Shown: positions 19,046 to 30,043, counted from the first letter of the stretch. The stretch: 64,000 nucleotides of DNA from an uncultured Bdellovibrio sp. (GCA_963932905.1 CAWVRN010000023.1:1-64000); one strand, 5' to 3'. The notes: a model not told the origin generated them from the letters alone. Program-made: numbers and translations.

Positions 19046-19561
19046 TTATGCTTCTTTTGATACAAAGTTGCCAGAGCTTTCTGGGCCGGCTTTGTAGTTT
19101 CCTTTTTTCTCGTACGTTTTTTTGCCTGATAATGTTTCTTTAATGTTATTCATCGTTCCGTTTAGTGTATTAATTGCTTTTTGAGCTAGTTCTTCGTTTT
19201 CTTTGTTAATTTCGATAATACGTTTGATTACCATTTCTAACGTGGAATGGAAGTTGTGTAGCTTGTCGCCTTTTGGGCCGTGCAGACGTTGAGCGATTTC
19301 AAGTAGGCGAGGGTTTTCATTGTCCGCACCGATTTTCATGCAAAGCTCTTTAGCGTGCTTAAAACGTAGAGTGTCTGCTAATTTTACCTTCTGTAAAACG
19401 GCGTCCTTCTGGCTATTCACTTCAAGGATGCGTTCTGTGTCTGATTCAATTAGATATTGCTTTTCTTTTCTAGCAAGCTCTAAAAGCTGGCGATATAAGC
19501 CAACTAAGTCATCCAAGTTTTGAATTAATTTATCGTAAGATCTGTCAACTGTCGCATCCAT
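19046..19561 (-). CDS. flgN: Flagellar export chaperone FlgN
   Basis: Helical protein (LLELARKEKQYLI...INKENEEL, TY near the C-terminus) between flgM and flgK. Confidence 0.85.
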   Translation of the reverse strand: MDATVDRSYDKLIQNLDDLVGLYRQLLELARKEKQYLIESDTERILEVNSQKDAVLQKVKLADTLRFKHAKELCMKIGADNENPRLLEIAQRLHGPKGDKLHNFHSTLEMVIKRIIEINKENEELAQKAINTLNGTMNNIKETLSGKKTYEKKGNYKAGPESSGNFVSKEA

Positions 19562-19593
19562 GCGATGTTTTCCTTTTACTGCGGGTTAGTTTT

Positions 19594-19920
19594 TTACATG
19601 AAGTTTAATTCGTCGTCGACCATTCTGTCGGCAACGGCTTTAGCATCGACTTTGTATTTTCCGTCTTCGATCAATTTACGAAACTTTTCTACTTTCGCTT
19701 GATCTACATCGGGAGCCGCCATCGCAAGTTCTTTGATTTTTTTAGCTTCCTGTGCGCGAGCTGAAACAGCAACTTTCGAAGCACCAGCGCCACCTTCAGT
19801 TGGAGCAAAAAGAGAAACAGCATCCGCTTTTACATCGCCGCCTTGTTTGTCTGTTTTTTCCGCTTTTTTGTTATCAGTAATGTTTAAATTCTGACCGACT
19901 TTATTGTGCGTAATTTTCAT
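19594..19920 (-). CDS. flgM: Anti-sigma28 factor FlgM
   Basis: KVAVSARA...DQAKVEKFRKLIEDGKYKVDAKAVADRM. Confidence 0.92.
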   Translation of the reverse strand: MKITHNKVGQNLNITDNKKAEKTDKQGGDVKADAVSLFAPTEGGAGASKVAVSARAQEAKKIKELAMAAPDVDQAKVEKFRKLIEDGKYKVDAKAVADRMVDDELNFM

Positions 19921-20064
19921 TTTTTACTCCCAGGAATCTGTCCCAATATAAGTCAGTGTATCATAGTGAAACGCAAAACTAAAGAATCCGTTCGTGATTA
20001 TTAGCCCAGTCTAGTCTCGCTTTTATGGGCTTTGGAAGCCGGACTGGGTATAGGTTTAGGTGAA

Positions 20065-21087
20065 TTAGGGTCTAATATAAGCGATAGAGGAAAGATTCGC
20101 CTTTAGGTCGGCAGCTTTTACCCAGACGTGTCCGGCTACACACTCGACATTTTTGTTGTAACGGGGAATGGTTTTTCCCGCCTCATCCTCAATTTCGCAA
20201 TCGGGTCCCCATGAATTGCGAATTTTATAGTAACATTGTCCAGCTCTCATTTCGCGGCCAACAATGACAGACGCGTGGTTGTCTTTATCCTTTAAATCTT
20301 TGCTGATTAATTTTATTTGATAGTCGACACCAACCACATTTTCTTTGCTGATTTGCCGATCGATTAATTCTAACAAATCAGGTTTGTGATTCACTCGGAC
20401 TTTTAAAACATCGTCGTAATAGTCCGTGTCGGAATCAAAATAACGACCGACGTCTTCTTTTTTTATCGACATAGTCATTTGATCTTTGAAGGGCTTACAA
20501 ACTTCTTTTGCGATTTCAACGACGGCCAAATTGATATCCAGGCGCAGGGCATTCTCTAGAGCCTCATCGGAAATACGGGAAATGATCGACTGCTTTTGCT
20601 GAAGGGCGTAGATGTAATCACGATATTCTTTCCAGCTTTCTGAGGAATTTAGACGTTTATCGAAAAGCGATTTTAATTTTTCCGCAAGATGTAGTTTTTG
20701 TTTAATTTGCAAATTGAATCCACCCAAAACAAACGCATTGTCTAGCTGACGGGGGCAGGAATAAGCAAACTCAGCGGCGTAATTAATAGCGGCCCGTATA
20801 TCACCACCTTCTGTGAAGATATACGAACCCGCTTCCGAGCTATTCATTTTATAATTGTAACCAAGAGCAATAAAAATGGCCGAAGCTTGAACTCCGTTCC
20901 ATTTGTTTCTGAATTTATACGAAATTAAATCCGCAGCTGTGTTCGCGTAACACCAGCCTATATTACCTTGCGATCGAACCGCGCCTAGTTCGGCACTCAT
21001 ATCTTTGGGCGAGCAGTCGCCGGCCATCGCTAATGGAGCAATCAAAGACAACGATAGAACGACCAGAGATAGGTTCTTTAGAATCAT
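20065..21087 (-). CDS. Secreted papain-like cysteine peptidase (C1 family)
   Basis: Signal peptide (AMA); QGNIGWCYA (Gln/Cys), NHASVIVG (His), IRNSWG (Asn). Confidence 0.88.
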   Translation of the reverse strand: MILKNLSLVVLSLSLIAPLAMAGDCSPKDMSAELGAVRSQGNIGWCYANTAADLISYKFRNKWNGVQASAIFIALGYNYKMNSSEAGSYIFTEGGDIRAAINYAAEFAYSCPRQLDNAFVLGGFNLQIKQKLHLAEKLKSLFDKRLNSSESWKEYRDYIYALQQKQSIISRISDEALENALRLDINLAVVEIAKEVCKPFKDQMTMSIKKEDVGRYFDSDTDYYDDVLKVRVNHKPDLLELIDRQISKENVVGVDYQIKLISKDLKDKDNHASVIVGREMRAGQCYYKIRNSWGPDCEIEDEAGKTIPRYNKNVECVAGHVWVKAADLKANLSSIAYIRP

Positions 21088-21101
21088 ATCGTTCTATAAC
21101 C

Positions 21102-21117
21102 AGCAAACGGTAGTCCC
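21102..21117 (-). promoter_or_regulatory. Putative sigma54 -24/-12 promoter of the C1 peptidase gene
   Basis: Minus strand GGGACT-ACCGT-TTGCT (GG-N10-GC), 14 nt before ATG. Confidence 0.35.
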
Positions 21118-21189
21118 GGTGGCTGCCGTTTACCAGGTCTTTAGAATGTCGATAAGCTAAACAGTTGCCCTTTTAGGCTGTTACTATTT

Positions 21190-22434
21190 TTAGGATGCAT
21201 TTGCGGGCAAACTAAAGAAGAAGGTGGCCCCTTCAGAAGGACGTCCTTCAGCGCTGCATTTACCACCGTGGACTTCGACAATTTTAGCTACGGATGCTAA
21301 ACCTAATCCAGTTCCCGCAAAGTCCTCACGACTATGCAATCGATTCAGTGGCTGAAATAGTTTTGTTGCTTGTGCGGGTTCAAAACCATCGCCGTTATCG
21401 CGAACATAGAATGTATTAAATTTTGATTCGTTTTTATACAGTCCAACATCAATTTTCGTTTTTGGTTTTCTGGACGAATACTTGATGGCGTTAGAGAGCA
21501 GGTTACTCAAAACTACGCGCACCAGTGGTGCATCGGCGTAGGCTTTTAAATGCGGTTCGACACTGAACTCGAAAGTTCGATTATGTAGTTCAGGTTTTAG
21601 TACATTAAACAATTCATGAGTAATTTGAGTAATGTTCAATTCTTGCTTTGTGATCGCGCCGCTGTTGGCTCGATATAACATTAACATACGTTCGATCTGA
21701 GCTGCCGTCTGACGGCCAGTATTCATGATTGCGTAGAGATAGTCGTAAGAATCTTTGTCAATTTTGTCAGCCAGGCGAATACGTAGTAGTTCGGCCATGC
21801 CGGTCATTCCCGCCACAGGAGTGCGCAAATCGTGGGCCATGGCATTGATTGCCACTTCTAATTCATTGTTGCGATGCTGAAGACCAGTCGTCGCAGAATT
21901 TTGCTTTGTTAGAACAATTTTAAGTTCTAAGTTTTCTAAAGCAATAGCTGTACTGTTTGCCAAGATTTGTAGTGATTTAATTTCATCTTCGGTCGGGATG
22001 TAAGATTCAGACCAATAGTTACCGATGGCGCCGATTGGATTTTCTTTGCGGATAGGAATCATGCACAAGCTTTTCACAAATGTCGGACGATAGGCATCAT
22101 GAGGAATTCGATTATCTAAATAAATGTCGGGAATTAAAACGGCCTCCTGGTGAATCATGCTCCAGCCGCTAATACAGTCGACCATTGGAAATCGTTTGCC
22201 CTTCCAAAGTGGCGAAATGGAGTGTTCATCGGCGTAATAACAAAGGTCACCATCGCGAAGAACGAACGTTGACCCTTGTGATCCCGACAGCTGTCGTGCT
22301 GTTTCGGCGGCAATAGCCGTGATGTCGCGTAAATCCTTGGCCCGCGAGAGGCGTTCAAACGACGTAGTTAAAATTTTAGACGAGTCTCTTTTTGCGAAAG
22401 TCGAAAATATTCCCATAGTAATATAGAAAAACAT
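21190..22434 (-). CDS. GAF-domain sensor histidine kinase
   Basis: GAF (CISGWSM, AYRPTFVKSLCMIPI), H-box MAHDLRTP, N-box NLLSNAIKYS, DNGDGF, GTGLGLA. Confidence 0.92.
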   Translation of the reverse strand: MFFYITMGIFSTFAKRDSSKILTTSFERLSRAKDLRDITAIAAETARQLSGSQGSTFVLRDGDLCYYADEHSISPLWKGKRFPMVDCISGWSMIHQEAVLIPDIYLDNRIPHDAYRPTFVKSLCMIPIRKENPIGAIGNYWSESYIPTEDEIKSLQILANSTAIALENLELKIVLTKQNSATTGLQHRNNELEVAINAMAHDLRTPVAGMTGMAELLRIRLADKIDKDSYDYLYAIMNTGRQTAAQIERMLMLYRANSGAITKQELNITQITHELFNVLKPELHNRTFEFSVEPHLKAYADAPLVRVVLSNLLSNAIKYSSRKPKTKIDVGLYKNESKFNTFYVRDNGDGFEPAQATKLFQPLNRLHSREDFAGTGLGLASVAKIVEVHGGKCSAEGRPSEGATFFFSLPANAS

Positions 22435-22545
22435 CTCCGTGAATTTTTCAATTCAAGATTTGTCTGATTTCACTATAGGACACATTTTCGAGATAAAAAA
22501 AAATTGTTTTAGGTCTAGCTTCTGTACTAAATCTAACTAGGTGAT

Positions 22546-25500
22546 CTAGGACTTTAGAGCATATTTAACGATCACCCGAGCCAACTCCCCAGCGTCAATG
22601 GGTTTTGGGCAATGGGCTTGAAAACCTGCGTCGATAGCTTGCTGAACATCCGCTTCGGTGGCGTAGGCGGTCAATGCCAATGCGGGTACATTGCGTATAT
22701 GCAGTTGGTTGGAAAGACGAATTTCTTTAATTAACGAGTAGCCGTCCATTTCAGGCATTGCGATATCACTCAGTAGGATATCGGGATTAAATGTGGCTAT
22801 TTGCTTTAAGGTTTCCCTAGCTGAATCCGTTGAAAGCACTTCCGCCCCAAAAGATTTTAGATAAATAGCAAGAGCCTCGCGAGTCGATTCGTCATCATCA
22901 ACGACTAGTATTTTGTAGCCTTCTAAAGATGGGGCTTCTTTTTTATCTTGTCCAAGATTTTCGTTATTGATTCTAGTATCTGCTACCGTAAAACTGGTAA
23001 TGGCAACTTTAGCTGGAACTACAGGAAAGGTAACCGTGAAAATGGCGCCAGTACCGGTCTTTGAGTTTTCCGCAGTTACGACACCGCCTTGCAATTCAAC
23101 CAAACTGGCTACAATAGATAAACCTAAGCCAAGACCACCATGAATTCGTGTTGACGTACTGTCGGCTTGGCTAAATCGATTGAAGATATGAGGAATAAAT
23201 TCTTCAGGAATGCCTTTCCCACAATCGGTGACTTTAATTCTTGCCAATCGTCGATTGGACTCTTGAAAATAATCAAAAGCTACTTCTATTTCCGACTGTT
23301 TTGGCGCGAATTTGATCGCGTTTGAAAGTAAGTTCCAAATTATTTGTTGAATACGGATAGCGTTGGCTAAGACCATTCCACATTCATCGGTAATTTTCTG
23401 AGTAATAGTAATGGATTTTTTATCAGATAGTGCACTTACAGATTCTATGGCTAGAGGTATTACGTTTTTTATATCGATTTCTGTGATTTCAATAGCTAGT
23501 TTGCCAGCAGTAATTCTAGAGATGTCCAGTAAATCATCAATAAGTTGACTTTGAGCCTTTGCGCTCTGCTCTATTACACTGGCACCGATTTTTGCTTTCT
23601 CGTAGTCCACTTTTCCGTGCCGAATGAGTTGTGACCAGGTCATTATGGAAGAAAGCGGTGTCCTTAGTTCATGCGATAGTGTGGCTAAGAAAAGATCTTT
23701 AGCCCGGTTAGCCTTTTCAGCTTCTTTTCTTGCGCCTTGCTCACTAAGAAGCAAGCTATTTCTATCTTGCTCTGTCTGTCGCCGTGAAGTTACATCCCGA
23801 ATGACCGCTATTATTAGCTGACCTCGGGATATTTTTACTGGGCTAAGCGAAACTTCGATAGGAAACGTAGATCCATTTTTTCTTTGTCCCAATAGATCTA
23901 CTTTTTCAGACATATGAGTAGGTACCGGTTTTTGAATATACTCTTTTTGTAAGTTTGCGTGAGCTGCTCGCGCTTCCTCGGGAACTAACATCTCGACTTT
24001 TTCTCCGATCAGCTCTCTACGGCGATAACCAAAAAACTTTTCTGTTTGCGCATTGACGACTTTGATTTTACCTTTCTCGTCTACTGCCACAATCGCATCG
24101 TGAGCGGATTCTAACAGAGTACGATAGGTTTCTTCCGATTCTTCTAACTTAATTTCGATTTGCTTTCGTTCTGTAATTTCAAAAAAAGCCACGACTACTG
24201 ATTCAGGTTCTGGGTCCGGCAGTTCACCCCAATGAATATGTCTTGCACTAACCAAAAATGTCCTTCGACCAAATCCTGGGAAATCGCCAGATACTTCGAT
24301 ATCTTGAAATGACTTTTCGAAATCTAATGCATTCTCTAGATGCGCATTCAATTCTGAATCATGCATCACCTTACTCACTAGGTCGCTTAGTAAAGTCCCT
24401 TCCTTTTCAGCGGCAGATATATCGAATATCTCACAAAAAAGTTGATTCACTGATCGAATCCTTAGGCCCCGATCTATAATGACTGATGGGATTTTAAGAG
24501 CATCGGCGACAGAGGTTGCATTACTCAAAGCCCCTTTTAGGCGACTCAAGGCTTTCATCAGAACTTCGATGTCTACGAATGTTAGAACAGCTCCATCAAT
24601 TTTATTGTCTGTAGTTTTATACGGACGAATTTTCAATCGATACCAATGACCTCGGTGATCTTGAACTTCGATTTCTTTAATTTTTAAATTATCGATAACA
24701 TTGGCGACCAAAGTTTCCAAATTGGGTAAGCGCAGGTTAGATCGGATATCGCTTATTGATCTGCCGACATCAGTTACAATCAAATTCAATATTTTAGTTG
24801 CGGCCGGTGTAAAACGCCGAATTTTCAATTCTGCACTGACGATGATGATGGGAATTTCAATACTACTTAGTAGATTAACCAAATCATTATTTAAATCACC
24901 AAGCTCATTGTTTCTGATCTGCAATTCGTCGTTAACAGTTGTAAGTTCCTCATTGGTAGACTGCAGTTCCTCTTTCGCAGTTTCTAATTCCTCGTTAGCA
25001 CTTTGTAGTTCCTCATTTGCGGATTGTAGATCTTCGTTAGCTGAGGCCGCTTCTTCCTGAGCGATTTGATGATCTAAACTTAATGCTTGCTGATACTCTT
25101 TGCTGCTGGCGATTTTGTATTCTAATTGTCGAATTCTTTGGTCCACTTTGCCTTGTGGCTCAGTGGGTTTTTGAATTGTGTTCGGCGCGTTGGGGTTTAA
25201 GATTTTCTCAAAAAGGATCAGGTACTGTCGGTTGATTACTGGTGCTAAAGGATTAAGAGGGATGGCTTCAATATTTAGATACTCTTCTCCGTTGCCATCT
25301 CCAATTGCGACATTTTCTTTCCTGAAAGATGACAATTGCGCTTTAACTATTTGAATAATATTTCTAATTTCAGAACCAAGATCTGGATGCGCCATTTTCA
25401 GTAACTGGTGGCTTGCTGTTCCGCCCTGTTGTTCTAAATAGGGTGCTGTACGACCTCGAAAACTTACAATTTCTAAATTTTCATTTATTATTACACCACT

Positions 25501-27081
25501 TGGTCCGTATTTTATTGCAACAATTCGATCTGCTTCTTTGTGAATGTCAAAAGTGGATTTAAAAGTAGAAATTGGTTTTGGGGGGAAGCTTTTTTCAGAA
25601 CTATAGCGACCAATGGGATAATGCAGTTTAGGCACATCAGAATGAGTGGTTGTTTTCGTAAAAATTTTATAATCTTTGTCTATCTGACGAAATAAATTAG
25701 TGAATCCGCCTACATTTTCCGATTGCCCTAAAAATAAATAGCCTCCAGGAATTAGGGCGTAGTGCAGAATGGGAAAGATTCTTTTTTGCAAATTGGCGTT
25801 AAAGTAAATAAGTAAATTGCGGCAGGAAATAAGGTCCAGTTTCGCAAACGGAGGATCAGACATTAGATCATGAACGGAAAATAGACATAAATCACGAATC
25901 GATTTGACAACTTTAAAACCTTCCGAACACTCTGTAAAATAGCGATTCTTTAGTGTCGGGGGAATGGATTTCATATCAGATTCTGAATATATTCCCAATC
26001 GCGCTTTCTGAATCGCAATATCGCTTATATCCGAAGCGAATATCTGTATAGAGTGAGCTAGTGAATGTTCATGGATGTAGTCGGAAATTAAAATCGCAAT
26101 CGAATAAGCCTCTTCTCCCGTAGAGCATCCCGCCACCCAAATTCGAATTGGATTTTCTTGCTGTATTCTTTTGGTAATAATCGGAAGTATTTTCTTCTTT
26201 AGTAGATTGAACTCTTTTTTGTCTCTAAAGAAACCAGTGACATGAATAGGGATCTCAAAAAATAATTTTGTTACTTCTTCAGGATTGTTTTTTAGAAAAT
26301 CAGCGTACTCTTTTTCTGATGACTGCTTAAGTACAGACATCCTCCGTGCAATCCTTCGTATTAGATTAGTTTTCTTGTATTCAGAGAAGTCCACTTTTTT
26401 ATGACGCCATAAAAGTGCTAGGATTTGGTCAATCGGTTCTGAGAGTCTGATTTGGTCGCTTGCTAATTCAGAGTTGGGCAGAATCGGTGCCTGCCGAGGT
26501 CCTAATTTTTTTGGCTTTTTAGCCGTTTTTGCTAGTTCGTTTGCGATCGACTGAAGATTCAATATGTGATTCGCAACATTCGCATCGACAGCGCTTTGAG
26601 GCATGCTGGGAAATTTTGCGGTGGATGGAACTTGTACCATCGTAATACCCCCGACTGCCTTTATCGCGCGAAGACCTTCTGTGCCATCGGAAGCCATGCC
26701 GGATAAAATAACGCCGATGGCATTCCGGCCAGAATACTTAGCTAGCGATTGAAAAAAGGCATCGACTGGCATATGGGGATGCTTTGATGAACCTCTGGGA
26801 GTTAGTTTCAAAACCCCGGACTGAATCGAGATATCGAAATTTGGAGGAATTGTGTAAACGCAATTTGGTTTTACCCTTGTGTTTTGACGAGTTTCAAAAA
26901 CTGGCATTTGCGTTTCACGATTTAGAATCTCGGTCGCCATACTTGGGTGAGTAGGGTCTAAATGCTGCACAAAAACAAAAGAAAAACCCGTATCAATAGG
27001 TAAAGCATTTAGTAATTGTACAAAGCTTTCAAGTCCGCCGGCAGAAGCGCCGATTCCAACGACCTGGATTGAATCTGGCAT
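22546..27081 (-). CDS. CheB-CheR-PAS hybrid histidine kinase with C-terminal receiver (CheB/CheR fusion)
   Basis: CheB GASAGG/VQHL/GMASDG, CheR IWVAGCSTGEEAYS, EELQSANEEL coiled coil, PAS repeats, SHELRTPL, GGLGLGL, receiver DIAMPEMDG. Confidence 0.95.
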   Translation of the reverse strand: MPDSIQVVGIGASAGGLESFVQLLNALPIDTGFSFVFVQHLDPTHPSMATEILNRETQMPVFETRQNTRVKPNCVYTIPPNFDISIQSGVLKLTPRGSSKHPHMPVDAFFQSLAKYSGRNAIGVILSGMASDGTEGLRAIKAVGGITMVQVPSTAKFPSMPQSAVDANVANHILNLQSIANELAKTAKKPKKLGPRQAPILPNSELASDQIRLSEPIDQILALLWRHKKVDFSEYKKTNLIRRIARRMSVLKQSSEKEYADFLKNNPEEVTKLFFEIPIHVTGFFRDKKEFNLLKKKILPIITKRIQQENPIRIWVAGCSTGEEAYSIAILISDYIHEHSLAHSIQIFASDISDIAIQKARLGIYSESDMKSIPPTLKNRYFTECSEGFKVVKSIRDLCLFSVHDLMSDPPFAKLDLISCRNLLIYFNANLQKRIFPILHYALIPGGYLFLGQSENVGGFTNLFRQIDKDYKIFTKTTTHSDVPKLHYPIGRYSSEKSFPPKPISTFKSTFDIHKEADRIVAIKYGPSGVIINENLEIVSFRGRTAPYLEQQGGTASHQLLKMAHPDLGSEIRNIIQIVKAQLSSFRKENVAIGDGNGEEYLNIEAIPLNPLAPVINRQYLILFEKILNPNAPNTIQKPTEPQGKVDQRIRQLEYKIASSKEYQQALSLDHQIAQEEAASANEDLQSANEELQSANEELETAKEELQSTNEELTTVNDELQIRNNELGDLNNDLVNLLSSIEIPIIIVSAELKIRRFTPAATKILNLIVTDVGRSISDIRSNLRLPNLETLVANVIDNLKIKEIEVQDHRGHWYRLKIRPYKTTDNKIDGAVLTFVDIEVLMKALSRLKGALSNATSVADALKIPSVIIDRGLRIRSVNQLFCEIFDISAAEKEGTLLSDLVSKVMHDSELNAHLENALDFEKSFQDIEVSGDFPGFGRRTFLVSARHIHWGELPDPEPESVVVAFFEITERKQIEIKLEESEETYRTLLESAHDAIVAVDEKGKIKVVNAQTEKFFGYRRRELIGEKVEMLVPEEARAAHANLQKEYIQKPVPTHMSEKVDLLGQRKNGSTFPIEVSLSPVKISRGQLIIAVIRDVTSRRQTEQDRNSLLLSEQGARKEAEKANRAKDLFLATLSHELRTPLSSIMTWSQLIRHGKVDYEKAKIGASVIEQSAKAQSQLIDDLLDISRITAGKLAIEITEIDIKNVIPLAIESVSALSDKKSITITQKITDECGMVLANAIRIQQIIWNLLSNAIKFAPKQSEIEVAFDYFQESNRRLARIKVTDCGKGIPEEFIPHIFNRFSQADSTSTRIHGGLGLGLSIVASLVELQGGVVTAENSKTGTGAIFTVTFPVVPAKVAITSFTVADTRINNENLGQDKKEAPSLEGYKILVVDDDESTREALAIYLKSFGAEVLSTDSARETLKQIATFNPDILLSDIAMPEMDGYSLIKEIRLSNQLHIRNVPALALTAYATEADVQQAIDAGFQAHCPKPIDAGELARVIVKYALKS

Positions 27082-27504
27082 CTAGTGTAGCATTGGGATG
27101 GAGAATCCCATTTCTAGGTAGATCTTTATTTCCGCAATAAATTTTTCTAAGTCATAGGGCTTGTGAATAAAACCGACGGCTTTGCTTTCAGGAACTGTGT
27201 CGGTACCGGAGAATATGACAACGGGTACCTTTTCAATAATTTTTGGATTTTCATTTTCAAGTTCTTTTAAAAAATCGATTCCAGTCATATCAGTCAAATT
27301 CATATCTAGAAGTATTAAATTTGGTTGTGTAATTTCAGTTAGGATTTCCATAGCTTCATTTCCACTCTGTGCTGTAAATACAGTATAACCATTTTGTTCT
27401 AGTACAACTCGCTGAAGATCCAATACATCTTCACAATCGTCGATAACTAGAATTGATTTTTTTTCGGTGTCCGTTGAATTTTTTTGGATGGTTCTTTCTT
27501 CCAT
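27082..27504 (-). CDS. Single-domain response regulator
   Basis: ILVIDD, LILLDMNL, FIHKP. Confidence 0.9.
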   Translation of the reverse strand: MEERTIQKNSTDTEKKSILVIDDCEDVLDLQRVVLEQNGYTVFTAQSGNEAMEILTEITQPNLILLDMNLTDMTGIDFLKELENENPKIIEKVPVVIFSGTDTVPESKAVGFIHKPYDLEKFIAEIKIYLEMGFSIPMLH

Positions 27505-27835
27505 ATTTGACCCCTTTTTATTGTCCGACTTCTAAAATCAAACGTGTACACGCATATCGTACCTTTATTGAGGAAATAGCTAGCGTTTTATAAAACTTAA
27601 CTGTAATTTTACTCACGCTGCTCGTCAGATTTTTTAAAGATTTAGAACAAATAAAGTGAAATAATTAAAAAATTGAACAAAGTAATTTAGTTTATGTGTT
27701 AGATAGCAGAAAAAATTTAGCCTGCTAAAGATACAAACTATTTTTCCCTGCGGTGACAAACGCCTCTGAAACAAAATTATAAACGACTTTTTTAGTTAAC
27801 ACTCTTTCCCTTTAGCGATGCAGTAGTCAAGGGCG

Positions 27836-27851
27836 TGGGCCCAATATTGCA
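27836..27851 (+). promoter_or_regulatory. Putative sigma54 promoter of the BON gene
   Basis: TGGGCC-CAATA-TTGCA versus TGGCAC-N5-TTGCW. Confidence 0.45.
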
Positions 27852-27885
27852 ACCAATATTTCAGTGAGAGATTGAGGGGGTAAAA

Positions 27886-28344
27886 ATGTTTAACTTTCTA
27901 TTTAAGAAAACAGATTCTGAAATTCAGAGAGATGTCATAAACGAGCTCAATTGGGATTTGATGGTGACGGCCAGACAGTTAAGTGTCCTTGTGCGTAAGG
28001 GTATCGTGACATTGCGCGGATGCGTGCCACGCTACATAGAACGATCTCAAATCGGTGAGGCGGCACTTAGGGTCGTTGGTGTTAAATCAATAGCTAACCA
28101 AATCAAAGTGAATGTCTGCTATCTTGATCACCGCAGTGATGAGCAAATAGTGACGGCAGCACTGAAAGCCATTCGAGGCAGTTACGTTGTTCCTAAAAAT
28201 ATTCGAGCTACTGCAAAAGAAGGATGGATCACACTGACTGGAAGGGCCGCATGGGATTCTCAGAGCAAAGCAGCCAAAATAGCGGTGGGGCAAGTCAAAG
28301 GTATCTCGGGAATTACCAACGATATTGTCATCGACGCTGTTTAA
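27886..28344 (+). CDS. BON-domain (OsmY-like) protein with two BON domains
   Basis: TDSEIQRDV...GIVTLRG...GVKSIANQI and SDEQI...GWITLTG...GISGITNDI. Confidence 0.85.
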   Translation: MFNFLFKKTDSEIQRDVINELNWDLMVTARQLSVLVRKGIVTLRGCVPRYIERSQIGEAALRVVGVKSIANQIKVNVCYLDHRSDEQIVTAALKAIRGSYVVPKNIRATAKEGWITLTGRAAWDSQSKAAKIAVGQVKGISGITNDIVIDAV

Positions 28345-29236
28345 TAATTTTTTTATTTTGTTTGATAAGTTGAGATATATAGAACGCAACGCCGAGCCAG
28401 ATACACGAGAACGCGGCAATTTTTTGAATACTAAAGTCCTCCCCATAGATAAAGATCGCTGTCATAAGCTGCAGGGTTGGAGACAGATATTGAAAAAAAC
28501 CAATGCTTGAAAATGTTAACTTCTGAGCTGCGTATGAAAAGAAAACAAGCGGTAATCCCGTGGCAACGCCCCCCAGAATAAAAAGAACCCAGTCACGGCT
28601 AGTGTAAAGTGCTAGATGAGAATACGAACTAAAGACAATAAAATAAATTGCTGGCAGTACAAAGAACAAACCTTCGATAAAAGAGGAAGTTATCGCAGGC
28701 ATCACGACGGATTTTTTTACAAATCCATAAATAAAAAATGAAATCGCGAGCCAAAGTGCTAGCCACGGCACTTTTGGGGCGTCACCATACATAAGAGACT
28801 GACCAAATATCAATAGAAATACACCCAGCCCACAGAACGCCAGTGCCCACCGAGTTCGCATGCTAAGCTGTTCTTTATAAATAATAGCGCCTGCTACTAC
28901 GGAAATAAGGGGCGAGATATAGTAAGCTAAACTGGCTTGCAAAATTTGCCCAGAGTTAACCGCATAAATGTAGGTAAACCAATTTCCGGTAATCATGAAC
29001 GAGCTTAAAAAGAGTTTACCCCAAAGTTTGCGATCATTTTTTAATTCGGCAAAACTCGAAGATATTTTTTTCTTAGTAAAAATATTTATTGCCAACATGG
29101 CTAAACCGTAAAAAAAGAAAGACCAAACAATTCGATGAAATAGAACTTCCAGAGGAGCAATATGTTGTAGTTGTTTCCAATAAATGGGAAGTAGGCCCCA
29201 AATCAGGTAACACAAAATTAAAAATGTGATTGCCAA
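28328..29236 (-). CDS. rarD: EamA-family transporter RarD
   Basis: WGLLPIYWKQL, HRIVWS, NWFTYIYAVN, ASLAYYISPL, QYLSPTLQ. Confidence 0.92.
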   Translation of the reverse strand: MAITFLILCYLIWGLLPIYWKQLQHIAPLEVLFHRIVWSFFFYGLAMLAINIFTKKKISSSFAELKNDRKLWGKLFLSSFMITGNWFTYIYAVNSGQILQASLAYYISPLISVVAGAIIYKEQLSMRTRWALAFCGLGVFLLIFGQSLMYGDAPKVPWLALWLAISFFIYGFVKKSVVMPAITSSFIEGLFFVLPAIYFIVFSSYSHLALYTSRDWVLFILGGVATGLPLVFFSYAAQKLTFSSIGFFQYLSPTLQLMTAIFIYGEDFSIQKIAAFSCIWLGVAFYISQLIKQNKKIIKQRR

Positions 29237-29242
29237 GAAAGC

Positions 29243-30043
29243 CTACTTATTTTTTACGGTGACGAAACGTTTTAAGATGCCGTCAACGATCGTCTTATTT
29301 CCTGCTACTAAGGACCGGCTATAGGGTGTATGAATTTCATTTTTATAGCTGCGAACAATACCACCGGCTTCTTCTACCAGGATTTGTCCCGCAGCCACGT
29401 CCCATGGACTTAAATTCTTTTCCCAAAAACCGTCAAATACACCCCGTGCGACTTGGCACAGATCATAAGCGGCGGCGCCGGCACGACGCACACCTCGGCA
29501 ATCACCAACGATCGAACCAAAATAGCGCAACTGTTCTTCGAGTTCTTGTTTGTCGTCAGGAAAAAAACCGGTGGCTAATAAGCTTTTGCTGAAGTCTGTA
29601 TTTTTATTTACGCGAATAGGTTTCCCATTAACGAAAGCGCCCTGGCCACGAACCGCAGTGTATGTTTCATTTAGCATCGGTACGTCAATAACGCCGACTT
29701 GAACTTGTCCCTGCCATTCAAACGCCAAGCTGATGCAAAATATAGGAAATTGGTGCACGTAGTTGGTAGTACCGTCCAATGGATCGCAAATCCATTTACC
29801 CTGTTGCGATTGTCGATCTTCTTTGTTGGCAAAGTAAGTTTCTTCCCCTAAGAAGAATGTGCCTGGAAATTTGTCTAGAAGGTAATTCTTAATGACTCGT
29901 TCAGATTCTTTGTCGGCTTCGCTGACTAGACCGGCGTGGAATTTATCTTCCACATTTTTAAGTTCGCCAAAATAGTTCAATAAAACTTGGCGGCCCAATC
30001 GACATGCTTTTATGGATGCGTACAGGATCTGATCAAAGTCCAT
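29243..30043 (-). CDS. suhB: Inositol monophosphatase family protein
   Basis: WICDPLDGTTNY, RRAGAAAYDLC, WDVAAG. Confidence 0.92.
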   Translation of the reverse strand: MDFDQILYASIKACRLGRQVLLNYFGELKNVEDKFHAGLVSEADKESERVIKNYLLDKFPGTFFLGEETYFANKEDRQSQQGKWICDPLDGTTNYVHQFPIFCISLAFEWQGQVQVGVIDVPMLNETYTAVRGQGAFVNGKPIRVNKNTDFSKSLLATGFFPDDKQELEEQLRYFGSIVGDCRGVRRAGAAAYDLCQVARGVFDGFWEKNLSPWDVAAGQILVEEAGGIVRSYKNEIHTPYSRSLVAGNKTIVDGILKRFVTVKNK

